Source: an uncultured Clostridia bacterium
Lineage (GTDB): Bacteria; Bacillota; Clostridia; Christensenellales; UBA1242
Assembly (NCBI GenBank): GCA_947649575.1
Contig: CANSRZ010000004.1
Coordinates: 2,107 to 66,106, forward strand
Length of the DNA: 64,000 bases
Direction of reading: 5' to 3'
The translations under genes and the position numbers were made by a program. Below, piece by piece: positions 1 to 9,856 of the stretch; position 1 is the first letter of the stretch; each line of letters opens with the position of its first letter. The notes below the pieces were generated by a model. It was not told the origin of the DNA. It did not search any database and saw only the letters and a list, made by a program, of their open reading frames with translations.

Positions 1-11
1 TGCATTTTGAA

Positions 12-230
12 TTCGTTCAGGGTAACTAGATGTTTGACGAGTGTCAGCAGACGATGAACAAAATTAAATTTTATCCGTTCATAGCAACCAAATGTTGCAC
101 GAATGTCTTATAACTGCATTTGAAGTTATGTTTTATTCGTTCAGGCAACCAAATGTTGCACGGCAGTCAGCAGGCGGATTGGATATTTAGATTTTTTCGT
201 TCAAAGCAAAAAGAAAGTGCTGTTGACACA
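12..230 (+). repeat. Tandem array of about four degenerate ~62-bp structured repeat units (family A), probably continuing left of the window
   Basis: CGTTCA at 14, 76, 138 and 198 (periods 62, 62, 60); GCAAC-CAAAT-GTTGC hairpin at 84-98 and 145-159; related copies at 2687, 17333, 29079, 34019 and 40300-40407. Confidence 0.8.
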
Positions 231-286
231 AACTTGCTTAGATTAATAAAAAGCAAAAAGTAAATAATTTAAAATAGGAGATTAAA

Positions 287-2380
287 ATGAAAGATAGTGC
301 TAAAATTTATGAATTAGAAATTGGCGGTAAAAAAGTTTCTTTCGAAACTGGCAGACTTTGCGAACAAGCAAACGGCTCATGCCTTGTAAAATGCGGTGAA
401 ACTGTTGTTATGGTTAACGTAACAATGGCAAAAGCACCTCGTCCAGGAATTGACTTTTTCCCACTCGCTGTTGATTTTGAAGAAAAAATGTATTCTGTCG
501 GCAAAGTGCCTGGCGGATTTAAAAAGAGGGAGGGACGTCCTAGCGATAAAGCTATTTTGACTTCTCGTTTGATTGACAGACCTTTAAGACCTTTGTTTCC
601 AAAAGGATTCTTTAACGATGTTTGCGTTGTTGCAACAGCGCTCTCTGTTGACCCTGACGGTGTTGAACCATCAGTTCTTGCAATGCTTGGCTCAAGCTTT
701 GCTTTGTCAATCAGTGATATCCCTTTTGCGGGGCCTACTGGTTCTGTTTATGTAGGACTTGTTGACGATAAATTTATTATAAACCCAACTGGCGAGGAAC
801 GCGAAAAAAGCCTTATGCACCTTACTGTTGCTGGAACTGAGGAAGCTGTTTTAATGGTTGAAGCGGGTGCTAAAGAAATTCCTGAAGAAAAAATGCTTGA
901 CGCAATCATGTTCGCTCATGATGAAATCAAGAAAATTGTTAAATTTATCAAGAAAGTTAAGGCTGAAATTGGTAAGCCAGTTTGCCCAGATCTTCCTTAC
1001 TATGTGATCCCTGAAGAAATCGACAAGGCTGTTAGAGAATATGCTGATAAAAAACTCGACCATGCTCTTGACACTTTTGATAGAGAAGAAAGACAAACTC
1101 GTCAAGACGAAGTTGACGCTGATGTTAAAGAATACTTTGCTGAAATTTTCCCTGAATGTGAAAGAGAAATTGGCGATGTGCTTTATAAGATGACTAAAGA
1201 AAAAGTAAGAGCTAAAATCTTGAACAAGGGCGTTCGTCCTGACGGCAGAGCACTCACTGAAATTCGTCCTATCTGGTGTGAAACAGGACTTCTTCCACGC
1301 GTTCATGGAAGCGGCGTGTTTACTCGTGGTCAAACTCAAGTGCTTACTTCACTCACTCTTGGCACTGTTTCTGATATGCAAAAGCTTGAAGGTCTTGATG
1401 ATGAAGAAGTAAATCGTTATGTTCATCATTATAACATGCCTCCTTATGCAACGGGTGAGGCTAGAAATCTTAAATCTCCTGGTCGTCGCGAAATCGGGCA
1501 TGGCGCTTTGGCTGAACGCGCACTCGAGCCTGTTATTCCTGATGAATCTGAATTCCCTTATGCTCTTAGATTGGTGAGCGAAGTGCTTTCTTCAAATGGC
1601 TCTTCTTCAATGGCCAGCGTTTGTGGTTCAACCCTTGCTCTTATGGATGGCGGCGTTCCAATTAAACGTCCAGTTGCAGGTATTGCTATGGGGCTTATCA
1701 AAGATGACTCAACTGGCAAAGTTGCAGTGCTTTCTGATATCCAAGGTCTTGAAGATTTCCTTGGCGATATGGACTTTAAAGTTACAGGAACTGAAGTTGG
1801 CGTAACTGCAATCCAAATGGATATCAAAATTCATGGCCTTAGCAAAGAAATCCTTACAACTGCTCTTAAACAAGCAAGAGAGGGCAGAATGTTTATCATG
1901 AATAAACTTCTTGAAACTATTTCTGCTCCAAAACCTGAGCTTTCTAAATATGCTCCTAAGATTTTGACTATGCAAATTAATCCTGACTTTATCAAAGATG
2001 TTATTGGCTCAGGCGGAAAGATGATTAACTCAATCATTGACCAAACTGGCGTTAAGATTGATATTGAAGATGACGGCAGAGTTTACATTGCTGGACAAGA
2101 TATGGAAATGTGTAAAAAAGCACAAGCAATCATTCAAGGCATCGTTGAAGTTCCTGAAGTTGGCGATGTCTATGACGGAAAAGTTGTGCGCATCATGAAT
2201 TTTGGCGCGTTCGTTGACCTTGGCGCTGGAAGAGAGGGTATGATTCATATCTCTAAACTTTCAGACAAGCGTGTTGAAAAAGTTGAAGATGTTGTCAAAA
2301 TTGGTGATGAAGTTGAAGTTGAAGTTATCAAAATTGACGAAAAAGGCAGAATTGACCTTAAACGCATTATCAAAAAATAA
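287..2380 (+). CDS. pnp: Polyribonucleotide nucleotidyltransferase (PNPase)
   Basis: [37 protein letters not shown] and [10 protein letters not shown] motifs; C-terminal KH and S1 domains; AGGAG SD. Confidence 0.98.
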   Translation: MKDSAKIYELEIGGKKVSFETGRLCEQANGSCLVKCGETVVMVNVTMAKAPRPGIDFFPLAVDFEEKMYSVGKVPGGFKKREGRPSDKAILTSRLIDRPLRPLFPKGFFNDVCVVATALSVDPDGVEPSVLAMLGSSFALSISDIPFAGPTGSVYVGLVDDKFIINPTGEEREKSLMHLTVAGTEEAVLMVEAGAKEIPEEKMLDAIMFAHDEIKKIVKFIKKVKAEIGKPVCPDLPYYVIPEEIDKAVREYADKKLDHALDTFDREERQTRQDEVDADVKEYFAEIFPECEREIGDVLYKMTKEKVRAKILNKGVRPDGRALTEIRPIWCETGLLPRVHGSGVFTRGQTQVLTSLTLGTVSDMQKLEGLDDEEVNRYVHHYNMPPYATGEARNLKSPGRREIGHGALAERALEPVIPDESEFPYALRLVSEVLSSNGSSSMASVCGSTLALMDGGVPIKRPVAGIAMGLIKDDSTGKVAVLSDIQGLEDFLGDMDFKVTGTEVGVTAIQMDIKIHGLSKEILTTALKQAREGRMFIMNKLLETISAPKPELSKYAPKILTMQINPDFIKDVIGSGGKMINSIIDQTGVKIDIEDDGRVYIAGQDMEMCKKAQAIIQGIVEVPEVGDVYDGKVVRIMNFGAFVDLGAGREGMIHISKLSDKRVEKVEDVVKIGDEVEVEVIKIDEKGRIDLKRIIKK

Positions 2381-2402
2381 TCATAATTTTAAATTTATTT
2401 AT

Positions 2403-2429
2403 AAAAAAGTGCCAATGGCACTTTTTTTT
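2403..2429 (+). terminator. Intrinsic terminator after pnp, built on the GTGCCAATGGCAC palindrome
   Basis: AAAAAAGTGCC-AAT-GGCACTTTTTTTT. Confidence 0.85.
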
Positions 2430-2516
2430 GTTTAGCAACAATATATTGTCATTTCGAATGGCACACCATGCTAGCTATCTAAAATAATCCATATTTCTTC
2501 GTAGCCCAGACCATTC

Positions 2517-2587
2517 CCCGTGGAAACGAAAAAAAGTTTTAATTTTCTTTCTCAAAAAGTTGACACGGGGGGGGGATTTGCTATACT
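2517..2587 (+). promoter_or_regulatory. Poly-G promoter cassette, copy 1: TTGACA(2560)-C-G9-ATTTGC-TATACT(2582), 16-bp spacer, degenerate left IR arm
   Basis: sigmaA-like -35 and TGn-extended -10; near-identical copies at 36411, 47295 and 54102. Confidence 0.8.
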
Positions 2588-2686
2588 GATTTTGAAAATA
2601 TAACTCAATTGCAAAAATAACCCAAAAATAGCGTAATTCATTATGAAATTTTTGATAAAAATGCTACAATTGGTTTATGATAAAGT

Positions 2687-2766
2687 TGAACGAGTACAAC
2701 TTGCTTTTTGATAAAACTAGTTGATAATCGTCAAACATTTGGTTTGCGCCAAGCGTAAAGCTTGAG
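2687..2766 (-). repeat. Family A unit located in the 5' leader of GLUG gene 1
   Basis: Reverse complement CAAGCTTTACGCTTGGCGCAAACCAAATGTTTGACGA matches 34147-34183; absent from the otherwise near-identical leader at 36409-36550. Confidence 0.8.
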
Positions 2767-2776
2767 GAGGTGGATT

Positions 2777-5563
2777 ATGAGAAAATCATTAAACAAAAAA
2801 GTGAAAACATGGCTGGCAAGCACTATGTCAGCCGTGGCAGTATTAGGCCTGACATTCGGCTTAGTTTTTGGCCTTGTAGATTTTTCACCAAAACCAGCAC
2901 AACCCGAGCAAACACAAGGTGCGACACAGCCCCAAAATGACAAAGTGTGGGATTCAGCCCATGACGCAGGTGATATAACCCTAGACTTTGACTGGGCAGG
3001 CAGTGGAACTTCTACTGACCCATGGCTAATTTCAAGTGCTGAGGAATTGGCTGGATTATCATATAAAATTTTTAAAAATACCACAGAAAGTGCTTACATA
3101 TCAGGCAATTATTATTACCAGAGTAAATATTTTAAACAAACATGTGATATAGATGTTTCAGCATATTGGTGGCAGCCAATAGGCACTTATTATCAACGTG
3201 GAACAACAACCTCTATGAAAAGGTATTTTGCAGGTAATTATAATGGTGATGGTCATACAGTTTCTGGGATATTTACTAGTAGTGCAAATTCGCCTGCATA
3301 CAATTATAGAGGATTGTTTGGCTATATTAAGACAAGTGGAATAACTGCAACTATAAAAAAATTAGGAATTATTAATTCGATATCACAAGGTTACACATAT
3401 GTGGGTGCTATTGCAGGATTTTCTGATTATTATAATTTTGAAGATTGTTATAGTAGTGCAACAATTAAAAATAGAAGTCAATATAGTGGTGGATTAACTG
3501 GACGTTCTTATGATGCAAATTTTTATAATTGTTATTTTAATGGTGTAATCGAGGGTACAAACTATGTTGGTGGACTTACAGGCTCTGGCGGAGCTGCTAA
3601 ATTTTATAATTGTTACAATGCTGGAAGTGTAGCGGGTAGCGCAAATTTAGGTGGAATTATTGGACAAAATTATGGAGAATGCGCATTTACAAATACTTAT
3701 TTTGGTGCAAATTGTACGTTGACAAGCCCTGCTGGAACGGGAGGTTCAACAGCAACAAGGGATACAAGTTTGGCAACAAATGCGAAAACTTTAAGCTGGT
3801 ATCAGGATAGCAGCAAATGGAACTCATCATGGCCTTGGGATTTTGAAAATATTTGGGCTTTAGATTCAGCATTGAATAATGGGTATCCTGTTTTTGTTAA
3901 ACCATGTATTTTAACTATTTCTCCAAATGGCGGAACATGGAACGGGAGTTTAAGCAATCAAAGTTTTACGCAACAAGGTGGAACAACAAAATCGTTGCCC
4001 GTTCCAACTCGCGAGGGATATAAGTTTATGGGCTGGAGAAGCGAAAGTTTTGTTGAGGGGGAAAGGATTGGAAATTTGGGAAAATCTTGTTTAAGAACAA
4101 CTTTCTTTACTAATGATAGTCCATTAAATGTTTATAACTACGAAAATAATGGCAACAATGTTACTCATACAAGAGAGAATGCAAGTTTAAGTCACAGTCC
4201 TTATAATTCTAAAATATTGAAGATATCCAATACTGGCAATGCTGACCCTGGCTTAGGAGGTTTTTACTTTGCTACACAAGCATATGCGGATGCTGAATTT
4301 ATTGCGATATTTGAGGCTAAAATACCAGTTGGATATGATGTGCAGTTTAAATCTAACAACTGCGGTGGAACAAACTGGGCAGGTATAAAAAATGAATGGT
4401 TAACCTCACGGAAAGGAACTGGTGAGTGGGAAACTTATGCACATTATATAAAATGCTGGCCAGCAAGCACAGGAGGAAGTTATAGCACAACAAACTTTTT
4501 CCACTTGGTGGGGAATGCGGGGACTCCAGACAACCCTGTCAACTGGTATTTAACTTATGCAAGTGTCTATGACTGTACAGGTATGGGATTGAATACTGAT
4601 ACAATTATGTCAAATCTTTCACAATCAACAGCATATACTTTTGGAGCTTTCAATCAAACTTTGGTTGCAATGTGGGAGGAAGATACTTGGCTATGTAATG
4701 CAGCTGATTCCTATGCTGGTGGTGACGGCAGTGTGGGTAATCCATATATTATCAAAACTCCTCAGCAACTTGCAAGACTTGCGCAGGAGGGGCAAACTAG
4801 CGCAATCACTGGACATTACAAGTTGGGCGCTAATATTGATTTAGCTGGACACGAATGGGTGCCTATTGGCATTGCGCAAACATATCGATTACAAGGAACT
4901 TTTGACGGAAACTTTTACACTATAAAAAACATGAAATGCACAAAATTTTCTGTCGGAGATTATGCGGGCTTATTTGCAACTGTGCTATGGGACGGAATTG
5001 TTAAAAACCTGATTATGGATAATGCAACGGTTTCTGTCGGAGATTATGCTGGTGTAATTGCAGGTTTGGTTGATGCGATAAGTGAAAATTGTGGAATAAT
5101 CAATTGCATTGTTCAAAATTCAAATATAAGGGGAACTAACGCTGGCGGAATTTGTGGCTGGAGTTGGAATTCAAGAATAAGCTCGTGCTTGGTCAAAAAC
5201 ACTATTATCAATGCCTCATCAAAAGGTGGAGCAATTTATGGACAAGGCGGAGGTGGTGGCACAACCATATTGAAAGATAATGGAGCTTATGGAATAACAA
5301 TAACAGCTGCAAAGTGTGACGGCGGTATGTATGGTGAAATCAGCGGAGGAACAAATTACAATATGGGTAACTTTGTTGATTATACAATAAATGGAACTAG
5401 ACAAAAAATAATGTATGGAGATTCAACCGCATGGACTGGCTGGGGTTTGGCACCTAGCGTAAACAATGACTATCCTATACAAAACTCGTTGTTTGCCCTT
5501 GGCGGTTTCTCAACCTCACAAGAGGTTTATGACAAGCTTGTAAGTTTAGGTTTTCATAGTTAA
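2777..5563 (+). CDS. Secreted or surface GLUG-motif protein 1, with a split InlB B-repeat-like segment and an inserted domain
   Basis: Basic then hydrophobic N-terminus; GSGTxxDPWLIxSAEELAG and FKQTxDID modules; GGxxG...NCYN repeats; start moved to ATG 2777 after GGAGG. Confidence 0.85.
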   Translation: MRKSLNKKVKTWLASTMSAVAVLGLTFGLVFGLVDFSPKPAQPEQTQGATQPQNDKVWDSAHDAGDITLDFDWAGSGTSTDPWLISSAEELAGLSYKIFKNTTESAYISGNYYYQSKYFKQTCDIDVSAYWWQPIGTYYQRGTTTSMKRYFAGNYNGDGHTVSGIFTSSANSPAYNYRGLFGYIKTSGITATIKKLGIINSISQGYTYVGAIAGFSDYYNFEDCYSSATIKNRSQYSGGLTGRSYDANFYNCYFNGVIEGTNYVGGLTGSGGAAKFYNCYNAGSVAGSANLGGIIGQNYGECAFTNTYFGANCTLTSPAGTGGSTATRDTSLATNAKTLSWYQDSSKWNSSWPWDFENIWALDSALNNGYPVFVKPCILTISPNGGTWNGSLSNQSFTQQGGTTKSLPVPTREGYKFMGWRSESFVEGERIGNLGKSCLRTTFFTNDSPLNVYNYENNGNNVTHTRENASLSHSPYNSKILKISNTGNADPGLGGFYFATQAYADAEFIAIFEAKIPVGYDVQFKSNNCGGTNWAGIKNEWLTSRKGTGEWETYAHYIKCWPASTGGSYSTTNFFHLVGNAGTPDNPVNWYLTYASVYDCTGMGLNTDTIMSNLSQSTAYTFGAFNQTLVAMWEEDTWLCNAADSYAGGDGSVGNPYIIKTPQQLARLAQEGQTSAITGHYKLGANIDLAGHEWVPIGIAQTYRLQGTFDGNFYTIKNMKCTKFSVGDYAGLFATVLWDGIVKNLIMDNATVSVGDYAGVIAGLVDAISENCGIINCIVQNSNIRGTNAGGICGWSWNSRISSCLVKNTIINASSKGGAIYGQGGGGGTTILKDNGAYGITITAAKCDGGMYGEISGGTNYNMGNFVDYTINGTRQKIMYGDSTAWTGWGLAPSVNNDYPIQNSLFALGGFSTSQEVYDKLVSLGFHS

Positions 5564-5641
5564 ACTGTGAAAAAATTGAATTTATTTTGATAAAATCATA
5601 AAAATATTGCAATATTTTTATAAAAGATAAACAAAAACCAC

Positions 5642-5670
5642 TTTACAAATGTGAAATTTTGTGATATAAT
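5642..5670 (+). promoter_or_regulatory. sigmaA-type promoter for rpoZ
   Basis: TTTACA-17 bp-TATAAT with TG extension. Confidence 0.65.
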
Positions 5671-5700
5671 AGTCAAGAATTTATATTAGGGGTGAATGTT

Positions 5701-5922
5701 ATGATGATTGAACCAGCTATTGACGAACTTGTTGCAAAGGCAGGCAATAAATATATTGCTTGCAATTTGGTTGCAAAGCGTGCTAATAATATCCAAAGCG
5801 TTAGAGGCGCTGAACTTGCTAATAAGGATAAAAAGGCTATTACTATTGCTTGCGAAGAAATTGTTGCTGGTAAAGTTGTTCCTAGTGACACTGATGATAA
5901 TAGTGGCATGACAACTTTTTAA
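5701..5922 (+). CDS. rpoZ: RNA polymerase omega subunit
   Basis: MMIEPAIDELVAKAGNKY...VAKRA...KAITIACEEIVAGK; lies upstream of priA; start could be 5692, 5701 or 5704. Confidence 0.88.
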   Translation: MMIEPAIDELVAKAGNKYIACNLVAKRANNIQSVRGAELANKDKKAITIACEEIVAGKVVPSDTDDNSGMTTF

Positions 5923-6030
5923 GCAAAGTTTTAAGTTTGCGTTATGTTTTGTGGACAAGTTTGATATTTTGTGATAAAATAATCCTATTGAAGATTCAAT
6001 AGGATTTTTATTTGCAGCAGGAGGAGTATT

Positions 6031-8202
6031 TTGTTTGCTAAGGTTATCATAGACCAAGATGCGAAAGCAATTGATAAAGTTTTTGAATATATTATCCCTG
6101 ACAATTTAGCGGTCGTGCCAGGGATGCGTGTTTATGTTGGCTTTGGATCAAGAACAGTTCAAGGTTTTGTTATTGAAGTTAGTGAAAAATGCGATTTCGA
6201 TGAAAGCAAACTTAAAAAAATTATCTCTATTATTGATGAGCAACCTGCTATTAAAAAAGAAATGCTTGAAGTGATGAAATTTATGGTTAAAAAGTTCCAT
6301 TTAAAACAAGCGTCAATTTTGAGACTTTTTATTCCCGCTGAAATGCGTGAGGGCAAAGTAAAAGAACTGTTTGAAAAAATTTATTCGCTGAGCAATAAAG
6401 AAATTAATATTGTTAAGAATGCAAAACAACAACTTGCAATTGTGGATTTTTTGAAAGAACATGGCGAGGGGAGTTCTGTTTATTTAAACGGAACTTTTGG
6501 CAACGGCGCAGTCAGAGCTTTGCTTGAAAAAGGCGTTTTGATTGAAACTCAAAAGGAGAAATTCAGAAAACCTTTAAGTGAAATAAAGGACGACAAAAAA
6601 GTTAATCTTAACAAATTGCAAGAAAGTGCAATTGAAAAGATTGCGGGAAATAGAACATATCTTTTGCATGGCGTGACTGGAAGCGGAAAAACTGAAGTGT
6701 ATATGAATTTGATTTCGCGTGAGTTAAAAAATAACAAAACTGCAATTTTACTTGTGCCAGAAATTTCTTTAACTCCTCAAATTTTAGCAAACTTTAAGGC
6801 GCGTTTTGGCGAAGAAGTTGCTATTCTTCACAGCGGGCTTTCGGCAGGCGAGCGTTTTGACGAATGGCGTAGGCTTTATTCAGGCGAGGCTAAAATTGCG
6901 GTTGGAGCAAGGTCAGCTATTTTTGCACCTCTTGAAAATCTTGGGATAATCATAATCGATGAAGAGCATGAGCAAAGTTATATTTCAGAAAGCAATCCTC
7001 GTTTTAACACTCATGAAGTTGCCAAGTTTAGGGCGAATTTTAACAATTGCCCGCTTGTTTTAGGCAGTGCAACTCCAAGCGTTGACAGTTATGAAAAAGC
7101 CAAGCTTGGTCAGTTTGAACTTGTTGAACTTCCAACACGCGCCAATGGCAAAGAAATGCCTCAAATTCAGATTGTTGACATGATTAATGAAATTCGCTCT
7201 GGCAATTCAGGAATATTTTCTAATCAGCTTTTGGCAGATTTGTCAAATATAATCAACAACAAAAAGCAGGCAATGCTGTTTATCAACAGAAGAGGTTATT
7301 CTTCATTTATGCGTTGTCGCGATTGTGGCTATGTTGCAAAATGCTCTGGCTGCGATGTCAGTCTTGTTTATCACCAAGAGGATAACAGGCTTAAATGTCA
7401 CTATTGTGGCAAGCAGTTCAAAGTGCTTGACCGCTGTCCAAGTTGCGGAAGCGAGCATATCAAGCATGGAGCAGTTGGCACTGAACAAGTTGTGAAAAAA
7501 CTTAATGAAATTTTCCCTGATGTTAAAGTTTTGCGAATGGATAATGACACAACTTCTAAAAAGAACGCGCATCAAAGAATTTTGGAAGAGTTTAGAAACA
7601 CAAAGCCGTGCATTCTTGTGGGAACTCAAATGATTGCAAAGGGGCATGATTTTGAAGATGTGCTTTTGGTTGGAATTATTGATGCTGACCAAAGTTTATA
7701 TCAATCTGACTATCGTTCAACGGAAAGGACATTTCAACTTATCACTCAGGTTGCAGGCAGAGCTGGGCGCGGAGAAACGCAAGGTAAAGTTGTGCTTCAA
7801 ACATATGCGCCAAGGCACTATGTTTACAAATTTGTTGCTAATTATGACTATAAAGGCTTTTTCAAAAAAGAAGAGAATATTCGTCAAACGGCAGTTTTTC
7901 CGCCATTTTCAAGGATTGTTCGCATACTTTTTGCAGATTTTGATGAAGAATATGTTAGACAACTTGTAAAAATGTGCTATAATGAGATTGTAAAACTGAA
8001 AGAAGAATTCAAAGACGAGTTTTTATATCTTGATGTTATGAAGTCGCCAATCAAGCGCATGCAAAACAAATTTCGTTATCAAATTTTGATGAGGCTTAAA
8101 CTTTCAAAAGCCGACGAGATTGAAAGTAAAGCGTTTGAAATTGTTGACAAGTTATCAAAGAACAGCGTTTTCTTTGAAATTAATCCAAGTAATATGAGTT
8201 AA
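6031..8202 (+). CDS. priA: Primosomal protein N' (replication restart helicase)
   Basis: LHGVTGSGKTEVY, IIDEEHE, Cys-rich Zn motifs, QVAGRAGR. Confidence 0.97.
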   Translation: MFAKVIIDQDAKAIDKVFEYIIPDNLAVVPGMRVYVGFGSRTVQGFVIEVSEKCDFDESKLKKIISIIDEQPAIKKEMLEVMKFMVKKFHLKQASILRLFIPAEMREGKVKELFEKIYSLSNKEINIVKNAKQQLAIVDFLKEHGEGSSVYLNGTFGNGAVRALLEKGVLIETQKEKFRKPLSEIKDDKKVNLNKLQESAIEKIAGNRTYLLHGVTGSGKTEVYMNLISRELKNNKTAILLVPEISLTPQILANFKARFGEEVAILHSGLSAGERFDEWRRLYSGEAKIAVGARSAIFAPLENLGIIIIDEEHEQSYISESNPRFNTHEVAKFRANFNNCPLVLGSATPSVDSYEKAKLGQFELVELPTRANGKEMPQIQIVDMINEIRSGNSGIFSNQLLADLSNIINNKKQAMLFINRRGYSSFMRCRDCGYVAKCSGCDVSLVYHQEDNRLKCHYCGKQFKVLDRCPSCGSEHIKHGAVGTEQVVKKLNEIFPDVKVLRMDNDTTSKKNAHQRILEEFRNTKPCILVGTQMIAKGHDFEDVLLVGIIDADQSLYQSDYRSTERTFQLITQVAGRAGRGETQGKVVLQTYAPRHYVYKFVANYDYKGFFKKEENIRQTAVFPPFSRIVRILFADFDEEYVRQLVKMCYNEIVKLKEEFKDEFLYLDVMKSPIKRMQNKFRYQILMRLKLSKADEIESKAFEIVDKLSKNSVFFEINPSNMS

Positions 8203-8211
8203 GTTTTTTAA

Positions 8212-8297
8212 TTATCTTACTTTTCTTAACAAGAAAAGTAAGATAAAGAAAACTAATTTGCGACGCTCGATAAGATTTTTATCTTCGCGTCGCAAAT
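8212..8297 (+). repeat. Family B element: palindromic head plus copy-specific hairpin, directly after the priA stop
   Basis: 16-bp IR 8212-8227/8231-8246, then ATTTGCGACGC(8256)...GCGTCGCAAAT(8297). Confidence 0.75.
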
Positions 8298-8344
8298 GGA
8301 TTTACTTTTGTTTATTTCTGAAAGAGATATAAAAATATTATAAT

Positions 8345-8460
8345 CTTAACGCTTTGCAAAATTTGCAAGTTTATTATACAAAATAGTTTTTAAAAGCAAA
8401 TTTAAAAAGCGTTAATAATTAAAAGTTTTTTGCTTCTTTTTTTCAAAAAAGAAGAGAAGA
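8345..8460 (-). repeat. Family B-related ~120-bp dispersed repeat (MITE-like)
   Basis: Reverse complement aligns by eye with 52958-53075 and 60258-60385; internal TTAACGCTTT...AAAGCGTTAA IR. Confidence 0.75.
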
Positions 8461-8480
8461 GAGATGAGAAAGGAGAAAGT

Positions 8481-8951
8481 ATGGCAATTAGAAAAATTGT
8501 GTATGACGGAGATGAACTGTTAAGAAAGAAGTCTAAGCCAGTTAAGGATTTTGATGATGACCTTGACCAGCTTTTGGATGACATGAAAGAAACCATGCAC
8601 GCAAATGATGGCATGGGACTTGCTGCTGTTCAGGTTGGAGTTTTAAGACGTGTTGTTATCGTTGAGGCAAACGGGATGTTTGTTGAACTTATTAATCCTG
8701 AAATTGTAAGCCAAGAGGGTGAAGACATTGACACTGAGGGTTGTTTAAGCGTGCCTAATTTTAATAGCAAGGTTAGACGTCCATATAAGGTTACTGTCAA
8801 AGCCTTTGACAGATATGGCTATCCGTTTGAAATCACTGGCGAGAAATATTTTGCTCGCTGTGTTTGTCATGAAGTTGACCACCTTGACGGCATTTTATAT
8901 GTAGACAAATGTGAAAACAAAGAAAAATATTTAAAAGGCAAAAGAAAATAA
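8481..8951 (+). CDS. def: Peptide deformylase
   Basis: GMGLAAVQVG, EGCLS, CHEVDHLDG; start after AGGAG at 8471. Confidence 0.97.
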   Translation: MAIRKIVYDGDELLRKKSKPVKDFDDDLDQLLDDMKETMHANDGMGLAAVQVGVLRRVVIVEANGMFVELINPEIVSQEGEDIDTEGCLSVPNFNSKVRRPYKVTVKAFDRYGYPFEITGEKYFARCVCHEVDHLDGILYVDKCENKEKYLKGKRK

Positions 8952-9856
8952 TGAAAGTTTTATTTTTGGGAAGCTCATTGTTTTCAAAAATTGTGCTAGA
9001 AAAAGTGTTGAAATCAAAGCACAGCGTTTGTGCTGTAATCACTCAGCCACCTCGCGAAGCAGGACGTGGACATAAATTTCAAAAAACCTGCGTTCATGAG
9101 TTTGCATTAGAAAACAATACCCCTGTTTATACTTTTGAAAAGTTAAGCCGTAGTTTTGAAGAAGTGAAAAAGATAGAATATGATATTGCACTTGTGGCTT
9201 CTTTCGGTCAAATTTTGACACAAGAATTTTTGGATAACAAGCCGTGCATCAATGTTCATCCGTCATTGCTTCCAAAATATCGCGGAGCAACTCCTATTCA
9301 ATCTGCAATTTTGAATGGCGACGCTATAACGGGCGTTACTATTATGAAAGTTGTGAAGCAGGTTGACTCAGGAGATATTATTTTGCAAGAGGCTTTGCCA
9401 CTTTCTGAAAATATCAAATTTTTAGAATTGGAAAATCAGCTTGCTGAACTTGGCGGAGATTTGGCAACTCAGGCATTGGACTTGTTTGCGGAAAATAGAC
9501 AGACTTTTACTCCTCAGGATGAAAGCAAAGCAGTCCTAGTAAGGCAACTTACAAAAGAGGACGGCTACTTAGATTTTTCTCTGACTGCAAAAGAGATTTA
9601 CGACAGATTTAGAGCGTTAAGCCAATGTTTGGGATGTTATATTTTGTTGAATGGTCAAAAAATCAAAATCTTTGACATTCAAATTGTGGATATGCAAGGC
9701 AAAGAAAAAGAAGTGCTTTTAAACAAAAAGCGTTTTGTGATTGCCTGCAAAGACAAGGCTATTGAAATCAAAACTTGCCAGGCTCTGAGCGGAAAAACTG
9801 TTGACGCATGCTCTTTTTTGAACGGCTGGAAAGATGAAATAAAAGAGGTTCAATGA
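8951..9856 (+). CDS. fmt: Methionyl-tRNA formyltransferase
   Basis: INVHPSLLPKYRGATPIQ; follows def. Confidence 0.96.
   Translation: MKVLFLGSSLFSKIVLEKVLKSKHSVCAVITQPPREAGRGHKFQKTCVHEFALENNTPVYTFEKLSRSFEEVKKIEYDIALVASFGQILTQEFLDNKPCINVHPSLLPKYRGATPIQSAILNGDAITGVTIMKVVKQVDSGDIILQEALPLSENIKFLELENQLAELGGDLATQALDLFAENRQTFTPQDESKAVLVRQLTKEDGYLDFSLTAKEIYDRFRALSQCLGCYILLNGQKIKIFDIQIVDMQGKEKEVLLNKKRFVIACKDKAIEIKTCQALSGKTVDACSFLNGWKDEIKEVQ

Noticed and set aside
12-230. CRISPR array (62-bp period, hairpin, variable linker)
   Set aside because: Repeats diverge strongly, occur as 1-4 unit clusters at six loci in both orientations, linkers are uniformly AT-rich, and no cas gene is in the window. Kept as a structured repeat family.
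2567-2575. G-quadruplex-driven variation as at Neisseria pilE
   Set aside because: A single G9 run lacks four separate G tracts; its position in the promoter spacer is better explained by slippage.
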